The notes below the pieces were generated by a model that saw only the letters and a list, made by a program, of their open reading frames with translations, ran no database searches and was not told the origin of the DNA. Made by a program: the position numbers and the translations under genes. Positions 50,646-63,985 of a stretch of DNA of 64,000 nt are shown here, piece by piece. Where the stretch lies: assembly GCF_001194135.2 (NCBI RefSeq), contig NC_068993.1:34744777-34808776 (forward strand). The letters run 5' to 3'. The number at the start of each line of letters is the position of its first letter. Position 1 is the first letter of the stretch. The stretch comes from Octopus bimaculoides. Its lineage: Eukaryota.

Positions 50646-51773
50646 GTAATATATGTATGCACACACACACACACACACACGTGTGTGTGTGTGTGTGTGT
50701 GTGTCCGTAAAATTCAATGCAACAATGTATAATATCCCTCCGGCAAATCAGATGAGTTAAATTGGCGGTTAATTATCGTACAGTTGATGAGGCCGTTACT
50801 GTTGGCTTGACGTATGGATAATTAACTAACCTTTAGCTCAATTACCTAACGCGATATATTTGAACGGGCAGTTGTTTTTTATTTATTTATTTATTCATTC
50901 ATTTATTTATTTTTGTAGTATGGACAAATTTGTCGAGTAACATTAGAAAGATAAAGCTATGATCATTGAAAATCAAAATCACTATGCTTCAGTTACTGAA
51001 TTTTCTGTTTTTCAAATTTCGTGGATGTTTTCAGCACCAACAAAACTTTGTACTGCATTTTTTATGTCTTCATATACAGAATTAATCAAATCAACAAAGT
51101 ATTTTATATATACATATATTTTAAACTCCATGTTCTTTTATATTTTGATTTCGAATCCCGCCAAGGCCAACCTTGCCTTTCAAGCATTCCAAAGTCCGTA
51201 AAATAAGTACAAATTAATTACTGGAATAGGCATATTCGAAACATTCGAATGTGCCTTTCTGCAAAATGTGTGGCCTTCTACCTAAACTAGAATTCAATAT
51301 ACCTACTGTGCAGTTGTTATCATTTATTGTATGGTCCATTAATCCATTGACAGTAGCGCTGCTATAGATTTAGTCGTCGTACACTGTTTACTAACCATTT
51401 GTTGAGCTCATCTCACTCAAAAACATACACGAAATGATAGTGGAGTAGCTGAGCAGCTGAGCAGCTTGATGGAATCCTCATCATAAATATTGATCCTGTC
51501 GCTAACAGTGGTGACTAGTTAGACTTACACCCTATTTTACCCTGTAGTTTCAATATCGACTAGTTCGATTACACCTAATTCATTACTTAATCTTGTACTC
51601 ATTTTATCGCTCTCTATCCAACGGCTACGTGCACCTGGATTGTTATTTTTTTAGGTGTGCAAGTTCTCCGACAGATTTTTAGCGATACATCTCTAAACCT
51701 CTAAAATTATGTCTCTTTCACTTTTCTTCTTCTTCTTTTACTCTCTCTCTCTCTCTCCCTCTCTCTTTCCCCT

Positions 51774-51826
<53 letters not shown>

Positions 51827-52161
51827 NNNNNNNNNNNNNNNNNNNNNNNNNNNNNNNNNNNNNNNNNNNNNNNNNNNNNNNNNNNNNNNNNNNNNNNNNN
51901 NNNNNNNNNNNNNNNNNNNNNNNNNNNNNNNNNNNNNNNNNNNNNNNNNNNNNNNNNNNNNNNNNNNNNNNNNNNNNNNNNNNNNNNNNNNNNNNNNNNN
52001 NNNNNNNNNNNNNNNNNNNNNNNNNNNNNNNNNNNNNNNNNNNNNNNNNNNNNNNNNNNNNNNNNNNNNNNNNNNNNNNNNNNNNNNNNNNNNNNNNNNN
52101 NNNNNNNNNNNNNNNNNNNNNNNNNNNNNNNNNNNNNNNNNNNNNNNNNNNNNNNNNNNNN

Positions 52162-52220
<59 letters not shown>

Positions 52221-52745
52221 GGGCTGTAACCTAGTGGTTAGAGTGTTGTACTCATACTCGCTAGATTGTGGGTATAATTCCCCGAATCGGACGGCGCGTT
52301 GTGTTCTTGTACAAAATACTTCATTTCGCGTTGCTCTGCTGGTGCATGAGTGGAAGAATCATTGGTGCGTCGGCAGAAATATCTTACGGTATATCTTCCG
52401 GCTCTCCACATTCTTAATTTAAATCGCGCTGCCTGAAGAAAGGCAACGGGAAACTACTCTTGTGTTCAATCCCGGCTGTGCATTGTGTCCTTGAGCGAGA
52501 CTCTTTATTTCACCTTTCTCCCAACCCTTCAGCTGGCCAAAATGAGTTGTATTAATTAATAATTCAAACAGTCTGCCTTGTTACATTCTGCGTTATGCTG
52601 AATCTGCCTGAGAACTACGTTACGGGTATAGGTGTCTGTGGAGTGTTCAGCCACTTGCACGTTAACTTCACGAGTAGCCTATTCCGTTGATCGAATCTAC
52701 CGGAATAATCGTCGTTGTAAGCAACAGAGTAATCCGTGGCACCTT
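52221..52745 (+). mobile_element. tRNA-derived CORE-type SINE (family 3)
   Basis: Head GGGCTGTAACCTAGTGGTTAGAGTG..ATTCCCC, CORE-like GCATTGTGTCCTTGAGCGAGACTCTTTATTTCAC, and a long tail region. Confidence 0.65.
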
Positions 52746-52958
52746 TGAAATGCAAGTACACCAGAATCAGGAAGAAAGAGTGAGAGAAATTTGTGATGAA
52801 ACAGCACAGCTGGGTTCGCCACCACCCACTGCCGGAACCTCGTGGGGCTTTTAGGTGTTTTCGCTCAATAAACACTCACAACGCCCGGTCTGGGAATCGA
52901 AACCGCAATCCTACGACCGCGAGTCCGCTGCCCTAACCACTGGGCCCATTGCGCCTCC
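52746..52958 (-). mobile_element. tRNA-derived SINE (family 4)
   Basis: Reverse complement reads GGAGGCGCAATGGGCCCAGTGGTTAGGGCAGCGGACTCGCGGTCGTAGGATTGCGGTTTCGATTCCCAGACCGGG (A and B boxes), then a non-tRNA body. Confidence 0.75.
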
Positions 52959-53654
52959 ACAACTGAGTAATAGTTATGCATACACACACAAATTAAATTC
53001 AACTATAAGAAAATAGAACTCAGGCAATAGCTGAAACAAGAATGAAAATAAAATAAACAAGTTTCATTANNNNNNNNNNNNNNNNNNNNNNNNNNNNNNN
53101 NNNNNNNNNNNNNNNNNNNNNNNNNNNNNNNNNNNNNNNNNNNNNNNNNNNNNNNNNNNNNNNNNNNNNNNNNNNNNNNNNNNNNNNNNNNNNNNNNNNN
53201 NNNNNNNNNNNNNNNNNNNNNNNNNNNNNNNNNNNNNNNNNNNNNNNNNNNNNNNNNNNNNNNNNNNNNNNNNNNNNNNNNNNNNNNNNNNNNNNNNNNN
53301 NNNNNNNNNNNNNNNNNNNNNNNNNNNNNNNNNNNNNNNNNNNNNNNNNNNNNNNNNNNNNNNNNNNNNNNNNNNNNNNNNNNNNNNNNNNNNNNNNNNN
53401 NNNNNNNNNNNNNNNNNNNNNNNNNNNNNNNNNNNNNNNNNNNNNNNNNNNNNNNNNNNNNNNNNNNNNNNNNNNNNNNNNNNNNNNNNNNNNNNNNNNN
53501 NNNNNNNNNNNNNNNNNNNNNNNNNNNNNNNNNNNNNNNNNNNNNNNNNNNNNNNNNNNNNNNNNNNNNNNNNNNNNNNNNNNNNNNNNTATATATACCG
53601 GAGTAAGCACATGAAATGTGCAACAAGGTGGAAAAAAGAGTACTCAAATACCAG

Positions 53655-53692
<38 letters not shown>

Positions 53693-53846
53693 AGAGAGAA
53701 TGCGGTGATGGATAACTATGTTTGCCAAGCTGTCTGCAAGTGCAGTAAACATTTCGATGCTTTTTATCAAGGAATTTTTCATATTCAAACTGGCAAAATC
53801 TCACAAGTGTGAATGAACCATCGGTGAAAGCAGATACACACACACA

Positions 53847-53877
<31 letters not shown>

Positions 53878-55579
53878 CCAACCACACGCACACACGCACA
53901 TACGCACACACACATGAGCTTGAGTGTGTATCTACATACAAACATATACATACACATACATATATATAACACATTATGCATATATGTATATAAATACATA
54001 TATATTTATATATATATATATTATATGCTTGACGCATGGATACATATATGTAACAGTTGATGAATGTGTTAACATAAAGACGCCTATAGGCTATTAGACA
54101 ATCTCTGATGACTGGATCATATAATCTGTTTATAAGATATTATCTTAGATGGCAGATATTGTTAATGATGTACGTATAGAAATGTGTACAATAAACATAA
54201 AAATTTATTACGTCTTCAAAATATCGAATCCCTCCTCACGTCTGCATCATCTGAAGTATCACCGAACGTATGCAGTTTTAAGCATTGATTATATGCCGTA
54301 ATAGTAATACACAAATAACATTATATATAATATATATATATATACTGTTGTATCTGGAGAGAGTCATTTTCTTTTTATGCCTTATAATTTAACACACGCA
54401 CCGGTATAATTTCTACTTATTTCTTATTTTTATTTTCTTAAACTTTTTCAACTTTTTCAATAGTCAAGACTATTAAAAAAACGAAAATTTTAGGAAAATA
54501 AAAATAAGAAATAAGTGGAAATTTAACCGGTGATTGGGTTAAATTATAAGGCACAAAAAGAAAATGACTCCCCAGNNNNNNNNNNNNNNNNNNNNNNNNN
54601 NNNNNNNNNNNNNNNNNNNNNNNNNNNNNNNNNNNNNNNNNNNNNNNNNNNNNNNNNNNNNNNNNNNNNNNNNNNNNNNNNNNNNNNNNNNNNNNNNNNN
54701 NNNNNNNNNNNNNNNNNNNNNNNNNNNNNNNNNNNNNNNNNNNNNNNNNNNNNNNNNNNNNNNNNNNNNNNNNNNNNNNNNNNNNNNNNNNNNNNNNNNN
54801 NNNNNNNNNNNNNNNNNNNNNNNNNNNNNNNNNNNNNNNNNNNTGTGTGTGTGTGTGTGTGTGTGTGTACGTATATACGTCTCATTGTCGCCGTCGTCGT
54901 CGTCGTCGTATATTGTTTCTAATTGTTATACTGGATGTAACCGATAACGTGCAATAGATTTTCGAAGATGTTCATTATCAAGATTTCTACCGTCTTCTCT
55001 CGTTATATCGTCGACAATCTATTTCCTCCAGGCAGTCAGTCACAATCGGATATGTTGCCTGTAATATTATTACATCCAATATAACTTCCCGCATATTTAA
55101 TTAATGATTTTTTTTCTCATTGTTTCGATAAAACATAATGAATCCTAATCTTTTATAAGAACATAGGGGTCATTGAAACCTAAGCTCCACTAAGGAAGTT
55201 TGATATTAATGCAACATGAAATAAAGTAACTTTCATGAAAAGCGAAACTATCTTAATCCTTAGCAATTATCATTTTATCATCCATTCGTAATCATCTGCA
55301 ACTAATGTACTCTTGTGTGTGTATAAGCATTGGCTTTCCAAAATTGGGATTTACTATTAGTTATAATATCAAATATAATTGCTATTTCCCTGTCTCTCCT
55401 CTCTCTACTAATTCTCTCTCTCTCTCTGCTAACTCTCTCTCTCTCCCCCATTATATACACACACACACACAATAAACACACCTGCATACAAAAATACTTG
55501 TACGCAAGTATGTATGCATATATTAATGTGTGCGTGTATACGTGAGTGTGTGTGTATGTGCGTGCATTTATTTTAACAT

Positions 55580-55800
55580 CTTTTTATCGTTTACTTGTTT
55601 CAGTCATTAGACTGCGGCCATGCTGGGGCACTACCATGAAAAATATTTAGTTGAATCAATCGACCCCAGTACATATTTTTTTTTGTTAATCCTGGTACTT
55701 TTTCTATCGGACTCTTGCCGAACCACTAGTTTACGGCGACGTAAACACACTAACACCGGTTGTCAAGCGGTTGTGGGTAACTAACGCAAACAGCAAAACA
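55580..55800 (-). mobile_element. CORE-type SINE family 2, 3' part
   Basis: TTTACTTGTTTCAGTCATTAGACTGCGGCCATGCTGGGGCAC..GGTTGTCAAGCGG. Confidence 0.75.
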
Positions 55801-56118
55801 CACACACGCACGCACGTGCGCACACACACAAAAACACACACACACACATATAAATTTGTTGTCAGGTAACGATCCAATAAAGGACTACTCAGTATAATGT
55901 AGAGGACACTAATTCATTTAAGCCAGTTCAGTAGCTTGTTACTCTGGTGTCTCAGCATATTGTTGCCCTTTTTCACAAGTTACACAGAGAAAAAAGACAT
56001 TACATCACCTCAATGGTAGAGGCATTGCGGAAGGAGAAAATTGCGTAATGACAGCGGTAGTAACACCAGTGAATTTTGTAATAATAATATTGATAAGAAA
56101 GGATTAAAATAATAATAA

Positions 56119-56326
56119 TCTTTTCTATTATAGGCACGAAACCTGAAATTTCGGAGGAAGGGGCACGGTGATTTCATCGATACCAGTGCTCAACTGGTAC
56201 CTATTTTATCAACCGCTAAACGATGAAAAGCAAAGCCGATCTTTTCAGAATTTAAACTCATAAAAACGGACGAAAAGCGGCTATGCAATTTGTTTTACGT
56301 GCTCACGGTTCTGCCAGCTCACCGCC
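56119..56326 (-). mobile_element. Degenerate SINE family 1
   Basis: Ends GGTTCTGCCAGCTCACCGCC, the reverse complement of the head. Confidence 0.65.
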
Positions 56327-56330
56327 TTAT

Positions 56331-56372
<42 letters not shown>

Positions 56373-57339
56373 AACAACAATTACGATTACTGCAGCAAGT
56401 TCATTTATATATAACTGGACAAAGAATTTTATGCTGTTGTCAAATAGAATACATTCTCATTCGTGTGCACAAATGCGCACACACCTAGTCCTGCATATAC
56501 ACAATGTCTGCGTGCTCTTACATATTCACTTAAACACGACTTCCTTACAGATGCACAAACACATGCACGGACAAACTTACCGGTGCAGAGTGGCTACACG
56601 CGCACACAGTCCTATATACACAATAACACACATTCAAAAACTGAGTCACACTCACCGGTAGATACCTCGGTACAAACATGTGTTGATGGAGCCAGATGTT
56701 GAAAGGAGGGGAGTTGTTCAAGCACGTGAGTACCTACATTCACATGCACGCGCACGCACACAAAACACATTACACTTACTGATGGAATACTTCAATGTGA
56801 CTCTCGCGAAAATGTATGGATAAAATTATGTAGGATATACAAGAATGTGGAAACAGTGGAGCTAAATAGCTAAGCATGTGTTAGAAGGATTTTAAAGCAT
56901 CGTTACTGAACGAATAAATAAACCTGCAGATTATCCACCCAGAATATATTTATAGTGTTATACTAGTAATTATTACGGCTCTTGCATATGCCTCTAGTTA
57001 CTTTACTTCAGCCGAAGACTGGAGAAGCTGAGATCCACAAAAACGACAATCATAAACCATCAAAGGTAATGCAAAAGTTTGCAAAACGTTTTATAGGTTT
57101 AGTCATCATTAATTCACTATGCGTAAGTGCAGCCATACAAACATGTGTATGTATGTATGTATGTGTCATCGTAGATATTAAGTTCCCTGAACACCTACTG
57201 CTAGAGGCGCCCATCATGGTTAAGTTGCAAAGGAATTCAAGTCCTTAGTAGGCCGGAGAAGGCATATCTCTGCTGCTCGTATTTAAGAAAAAAATACTCT
57301 AGTGATGGCATCGCTGAAAATCATCGCTGTATACGTATG

Positions 57340-57454
<115 letters not shown>

Positions 57455-57670
57455 GCACTCACATGCTTATTCATTCATATGTACATATGTATACTCGCAT
57501 GCATTTACGCATGCACACCAGTGTGTGCGCACACACAAATGCGCGTGCCCATGTGCATTCACACGCGCGCGTGCGAGAGTATACGCGCGCAAAACAAGCG
57601 TTGGTTGGTAGTTGGCAGGTGGTGCAGAGTAACAGCTGGTGTTAAGGTAGTATATCCGGGTTGGCGGCAG

Positions 57671-58095
57671 TTAGAGGCCTGAAATTTGCCAGAAGGGCAT
57701 ACCGCTGGTGACAGCAATACAATAAATTGTATTTCTCGTTGATGGATATTGCAGGTTGTTGGGAGATAAGCAGTTTTTCGCGAAGGCAGAGCTAGCAGTT
57801 GGGGGCGCTGGGTGAATATGGTGACGCTCTATCTTCAATAGTCCACTTGATGTTGGGTGTATCATCTCGGAGATCACGAAGTGTCCAGAGAAATCGAGAC
57901 AGCGAAGTAGTGTTCTCTCTGTCCCTGGATCTGAACGAGTGCATATGCTGGGAGTATCTTCCCTTGAAGTCATTAGCTGTCATACTTGTATAGTGCCTAG
58001 TAATGCCATCGGATGGTGTAAGGGTGGCTATGTATATACTATGGCCCTTGAGAGACAAGATCCTTTTAGAGGGCACATGGTGTGGTTTTGGCATA
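57671..58095 (-). mobile_element. Penelope-like element, GIY-YIG endonuclease (Cys-containing, Neptune/Naiad-like)
   Basis: CPLKGSCLSRAIVY[frameshift]IATL..HYTSMTANDFKGRYSQHMHSFR..TSLSRFLWTLRD..IKWTIEDRASPY..NC*LCLREKLLI..CCHQRYALLANF. Short inverted flanks at 57460-57510 and 58095-58145. Confidence 0.85.
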
Positions 58096-60879
58096 CTGAT
58101 ATGCATGCGAATATACATACGTACATATGAATGAATACGCATGTGTGTATGCGTGCATGTATGGGCATGTGTGCGTATGCGTGTGTGTTTGTGTGTGTGC
58201 GAACGTGCGTGTTCGTCCAAGCGTGTGTGTATATGTGTGTGTCTGTGTGTGTGTGAAGACGTGCGGGTGCGCGCCCATGTACAGATGCACACTCTTGCAT
58301 CAATATATACATGCACACAAAACTATATGAGCGTCTCTGCACACCCACATATAAAACTATATACTTGCACATACCGTTTCCTCCTACTTCTCTTCCCGCC
58401 AATCACCTGACTGATTTCTAATCACCACGAGGAAGGTCACCGCATGATCTTCCTCGACCAATCGCAGCCCAACTTACGGTAATAACAATCAACTTCTGTC
58501 ATTCAAATTCAAAATGGCTGACAACTAGTATCACGCTTGAAACTCAGGAGCACCAACAGATTCGGATCAAACTGCTTTGAACCACACACACACACACACA
58601 CACATATATATNNNNNNNNNNNNNNNNNNNNNNNNNNNNNNNNNNNNNNNNNNNNNNNNNNNNNNNNNNNNNNNNNNNNNNNNNNNNNNNNNNNNNNNNN
58701 NNNNNNNNNNNNNNNNNNNNNNNNNNNNNNNNNNNNNNNNNNNNNNNNNNNNNNNNNNNNNNNNNNNNNNNNNNNNNNNNNNNNNNNNNNNNNNNNNNNN
58801 NNNNNNNNNNNNNNNNNNNNNNNNNNNNNNNNNNNNNNNNNNNNNNNNNNNNNNNNNNNNNNNNNNNNNNNNNNNNNNNNNNNNNNNNNNNNNNNNNNNN
58901 NNNNNNNNNNNNNNNNNNNNNNNNNNNNNNNNNNNNNNNNNNNNNNNNNNNNNNNNNNNNNNNNNNNNNNNNNNNNNNNNNNNNNNNNNNNNNNNNNNNN
59001 NNNNNNNNNNNNNNNNNNNNNNNNNNNNNNNNNNNNNNNNNNNNNNNNNNNNNNNNNNNNNNNNNNNNNNNNNNNNNNNNNNNNNNNNNNNNNNNNNNNN
59101 NNNNNNNNNNNNNNNNNNNNNNNNNNNNNNNNNNNNNNNNNNNNNNNNNNNNNNNNNNNNNNNNNNNNNNNNNNNNNNNNNNNNNNNNNNNNNNNNNNNN
59201 NNNNNNNNNNNNNNNNNNNNNNNNNNNNNNNNNNNNNNNNNNNNNNNNNNNNNNNNNNNNNNNNNNNNNNNNNNNNNNNNNNNNNNNNNNNNNNNNNNNN
59301 NNNNNNNNNNNNNNNNNNNNNNNNNNNNNNNNNNNNNNNNNNNNNNNNNNNNNNNNNNNNNNNNNNNNNNNNNNNNNNNNNNNNNNNNNNNNNNNNNNNN
59401 NNNNNNNNNNNNNNNNNNNNNNNNNNNNNNNNNNNNNNNNNNNNNNNNNNNNNNNNNNNNNNNNNNNNNNNNNNNNNNNNNNNNNNNNNNNNNNNNNNNN
59501 NNNNNNNNNNNNNNNNNNNNNNNNNNNNNNNNNNNNNNNNNNNNTATATATATATATTATAATTATATACAGAATTATAACACCACGCACTGAAAAAATA
59601 GACGTCAAAAGACACTATTATCACCATAAATTCTCCGAGAATAACACACCACATAATAGGCTAGGAAAAGGAAGAATATGAATTAAAACTTTTGGTTAAC
59701 CGCGTACAAGATCCTGTTTCCAGCGTAAAGTTAAAAAGGGGAGGCGACATGAATGGTTCAACTTATTTGTGAATCAGGGAAAAATTTAAGTTGAGTAAAT
59801 CAATAGTTGGAAAGTTGTTTAATATCTTTTATTGTAGCTATATAATAGAGAATTTGATGGGACATAAAAGTGACATAGTCAAACACAGACTCGAGAGTGT
59901 TAGTATGACTCAGAATGGATGGCGCTTTTTTAAAATAGAATTCATTTAAGAAGAAAGATCGATCATTGGTTTCAGAAATAACAAGAAGCGATGAATTTAA
60001 ACTGCATTATTTACATTCGATGGATATTTGTCCTCATCTTGTTTGTTGTTATACCCTCCAGCCTTCTTCAGGTGTCTGGGTTCTCATTCCTAAGGTATTT
60101 TTCGATGTTATTATTATTATTATTATTATTATTTTGCTGTTATTGTTCAGGTCACTACTTGGAATCGAACTCGAAATCTTGGGGTTAGTAGCCCGCGCTC
60201 TTAACCACTATGCCATATGCCCGTGGGCAATTATGGAGTGAATTTTAGAGGTTATAAATCTAATATTTTTCTATCCTTTCTTAATACCGGTTCCCGTATG
60301 TTGCTCAGTTTATTGGCCTCATCCTCTCTCTTCCACAGTCTGTCTACAGTACACAGTCTGTCTACAGTCCACAGTCTACAGTCCACAGTCTGTCTACCCT
60401 ATGTGAAAGGCCTCTCCGAAACGATACTAAAAATATGCGGCCCATATGACATCAGGACAGTATTCAAGAGTAATACAACTTTTCCCAAATATCTCCTTCG
60501 AGTGAAACCACCAATAGAGGAGAATATAACCAAAGACTGCGTGTACTCCATCCCACGCAGCTGTGGTAGGTTATACAAAGGCGAAACACGCCCCCTCAAA
60601 ATACGGGTAGACGAACATCGCAAAGCTGTGACACGAGGAGATATTGATAAATCGGGTATAGCTGATCATGTGTGAAAAAATGGAGACCACCTCCCCCTGT
60701 GGGATGAAGTTAAAATAATAGACAGAGAACACCACTGGAAAATACGAAAACTAAAAGAAGCAGCACATATGCTAGGACACAACTTCCTAAGAGACCGAGT
60801 GCAGATATGAGCAGCATATGGGAACTGGTATTAAGGAAGGATAGGAAAATGTTAGATTTATAAGCCCTAAAATTCATTC

Positions 60880-60952
60880 GGGCATATGGTGTAGTGGTTA
60901 AGAGCACGGGCTACAAACCCCAAGATTCCGTGTTCGATTCCAAGCAGTGACC
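60880..60952 (+). promoter_or_regulatory. tRNA-like Pol III promoter module inside the pseudo-LTR (mirror copy 60150-60222 minus)
   Basis: A box TGGTGTAGTGG (60887-60897), B box GTTCGATTCC (60932-60941), anticodon-arm-like GGG-CTACAAA-CCC; no proper acceptor stem. Confidence 0.65.
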
Positions 60953-60981
60953 TGCACAATAACAATAATAATAATAATAAT

Positions 60982-61528
60982 ATGCCCGGATGCAGTACCA
61001 GGCAGTGGCTCTCATGGCTTCTGATCTTAATTGATTGGAAGTGATATCATGTACATTGTTTTGTCTTGGTATAAAAGATGGGCTACAGCAAATATTCTGC
61101 TTAATACCACAGATTTGCTTGTCAGTTGTTTGACCTTAACCAGTTGAGCATGTCCTTTGGTGGCTGACGATATGTGCATCTCTGTACATGAGCAGAAGTA
61201 GTGGGGGAGCATCATAGCTATGTGTTGAGAGGAATTCTTTGGGGTTTGAATAATTTACCTTTGGAAACATAGGTCTTTTGCTCAACATCCTTGAACAAAC
61301 CTTATTCAGGGACCTTTTGAGCGGGATGGGCTACTCGACCTGAAGAAAATTCTAACTGGGCCCCTGCGAGGTCATGCGCTGTTTATCTTGATATGAGATC
61401 ATCATGTCGCGCACATATGATTGTGCCTTGTGTACCCTTATCAGACGGGTAATCATGATGGGTATAATGGGCTTTGTATATTTTACCCCAGTGTCACTTT
61501 GATGGCATGCACTGCTCTCTCTCACTCA
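60982..61528. repeat. ~540-bp interspersed repeat, copy 3, inserted in the (TAA)n of the pseudo-LTR
   Basis: Reverse complement of 8521-9056; flanked on both sides by (TAA)n; absent from the mirror arm. Confidence 0.9.
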
Positions 61529-61536
61529 ACAATAAT

Positions 61537-61606
<70 letters not shown>

Positions 61607-61653
61607 TCGAAAAATACCTTAGGAATGAGAACCCAGGTTCGAAATTTCCCCAA

Positions 61654-61699
61654 GACACCTGAAGAAGGCGGGAGGGTACATCAGCCGAAATGTTGTGTT
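61654..61699 (+). ncRNA. Minimal type I hammerhead ribozyme in Penelope pseudo-LTR
   Basis: GACAC-CUGAAGA-A-GGCGG..CAGCC-GAAA-UGU-U-GUGUU. 5-bp stem I; stem II GGCUG/CAGCC (U supported by the mirror copy at 60050-60076); stem III AUGU, probably CpG-decayed ACGU. Confidence 0.7.
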
Positions 61700-62689
61700 A
61701 ACAACAAACAAGACGAGGACAAATATCCATCGAATGTAAATAATTCCTCATCTCTTAAATATAGAACTGAATTTAGACTGTTATCGGAAAGTGAGTAGCA
61801 TATGAGAGCCAACCTGAAGAAGAGCAATCATTTGTAGATATTCTGACGCATTGAAACAAAAAGTGAATAACATTGAATGTTTGTTTATAGAATACCTTAA
61901 CAGCGATAACTGCCGAAAAGTAGCAAGAATACTGAAATAATTACACTTGAAATGATATCAATGACAAAAAGCTACTACTTGAAAGTCTCAAAGTGATGGG
62001 GAAGTAATGACAAATCACTTTTAATGTGTATTAATTGAAGGAAAATTCGTGGTTAATAATCAATCTCTACAATATTAATCGAGTGGCGTTCATAAAACCT
62101 TAAGAAAGAAGATTAAGTTATACGGATGGATGGTGTGACTGCAGTCATACTGATTTCGTCATACTGATTATGTATGTAATTTTCAATGTCTTGCTCGCTT
62201 ACGCTTTGGTATTTCGCTGAATTTCTTTTGAGAACTATTAGGTCTTAGTAGACACAACATGTGGTCTATTTCTAGCATATTAAATGTCCACTTTACTGAT
62301 CAACTTCATGTACATAAAAATATAACTATTACATGTAACCAACTTCTGAATTTGTCTCTCAGCTTATTCTTTCCATATCATTTGATGGTATGATGTATAT
62401 TCGCTGACTTATTGTACTTTGTATTACACTTTACATGTACTTCACATTCATATTTTAACTGCTTTTTTATCCCTTACCTAAGATACATCTCTTTCACATC
62501 TCTTTTCTCTTATCATTCATGACATTACGTACCTTGACACCATTGACTTCTTCTACACTGATAAGCGCTTTTCTTCCCTATCTTTCACTGACCAAATTGA
62601 CCCCTACTTTCTTTAATTTTCTTTTTATAATTTTTAATCTTTAATACTTATCATCACTTTTTATCATATATTCTCACTTTTCCTATTGT

Positions 62690-63120
62690 ATCTATCCTAT
62701 TTATATCTATCTCCCATAGCAGTCTTCATATCTTCCATTTGATATCCAATGTCTTGAACAAATTGATCGATATATTCTCTTTTTGGTCTGTCGATACCTG
62801 TATGTGCATACGGGGATTTCCAGAATAGGAGATCACAGCATATTTCATCCCCGCTTCTCCAGCAGTGACATGCATAACGTGTTCTTCTTTCTTTGATTAC
62901 TGTGCTTACGATAGGAAGACAGGCATACAGTCGCTACTTTGTAGGATGTTGCCACCAAGACAGACTAAGAACTGCATGAAAGATTGTCATGTATGTACCG
63001 TCAAGATGAGTGCCCATGCTGAAGATCAATAGAGAAAGATTCCTTTTTGTATACCTTCTGCCATCAAACTCCATCTCAATCTGCATGGAGTTACCTTTGG
63101 TACCCTGTTGCGACTTAACC
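62690..63120 (-). mobile_element. RTE-clade LINE 3' fragment
   Basis: HLDGTYMTIFHAVLSLSWWQHPTK..VIKERRTRYACHCWRSGDEICCDLLFWKSP..RPKREYIDQFVQDIGYQMEDMKTAMGDR, read across frameshifts. Confidence 0.75.
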
Positions 63121-63711
63121 CACGACAGTCTATAAAAGAAACATTATCATAACTACGCAAATATCATAATTAATTTACACAAGACCATACTTCATCTTAT
63201 ACAACTATTACCTAATTTAGTCCTAAATCTCCCACATCCTCCAGTTAAATACAATTATATTTCATTTCAGTATAACGGGAACATAAATTTGTTTTGTCAA
63301 TGGCTAACTTCAAGAGCACAATTCACTTGAGATATGCTGGGGACCATATCCTTTATGCTTTGCTTTATGATACATCTTTCTTTGTGGGGTGTGTATTATT
63401 TATACGATACGTGTGTATTTACATACAGACATCATAATAAGCACCCTACACACATATATATATATAAAGCTANNNNNNNNNNNNNNNNNNNNNNNNNNNN
63501 NNNNNNNNNNNNNNNNNNNNNNNNNNNNNNNNNNNNNNNNNNNTATATATATATATATAACCATAACATATACGTGTATGTATGTATGTATGTATGTATG
63601 TATGTATGTATGTATGTATGTATGTATTATGTATGTATGTATGTATGTATTATGTATGTATGTATGTATGTATGTCTCCTAGTTTGTATGACTGTATATA
63701 GAAGAATATAT

Positions 63712-63985
63712 TAACCAATGAAATTCCAGCTTTTAGTCTGATTTTCACGTTTTATTATTTGCAATACTTACAATTTTACAGTTTTACAATATTGAAATAG
63801 ACTTGTACTTTAATGCGTTACGCAGCCACCACGATTATGTAGTTCCACCACGACTGTCACTACATAAATCCAATGATGGAGTAACTCATGAAAGTACTAG
63901 TTTATTTCAATATTGTAAAATTGTAAAATTGTAACAGTTGCAAATGATAAAACGTGAAAATCAAAGTTAGAATTTCATTGATTTA
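63712..63985. mobile_element. Fold-back MITE in a TA-rich site
   Basis: ~100-bp inverted arms: CAATGAAATTC..TGATTTTCACGTTTTATTATTTGCAA..TTACAATATTGAAATA vs TATTTCAATATTGTAA..TTGCAAATGATAAAACGTGAAAATCA..GAATTTCATTG. Confidence 0.8.

Larger units (their letters stand above)
60006..61745 (+). mobile_element. Penelope/Poseidon-type element: GIY-YIG ORF fragment between inverted pseudo-LTRs
   Basis: LPYVKGLSETILKIC..CVYSIPRSCGRLYKGET.RPLKIRVDEHRKA..SGIADHV*..WDEVKIIDREHHWKIRKLKEAAH. 60006-60306 is the reverse complement of 60809-60981 plus 61600-61745. Confidence 0.88.

Noticed and set aside
58515-58555. Hammerhead-like TGG-CTGACAA..GAAACTCAGGAGC-A-CCA near the Penelope fragment
   Set aside because: Needs two core corrections (G8, U16.1) and has no stem II; too degenerate without a consensus.
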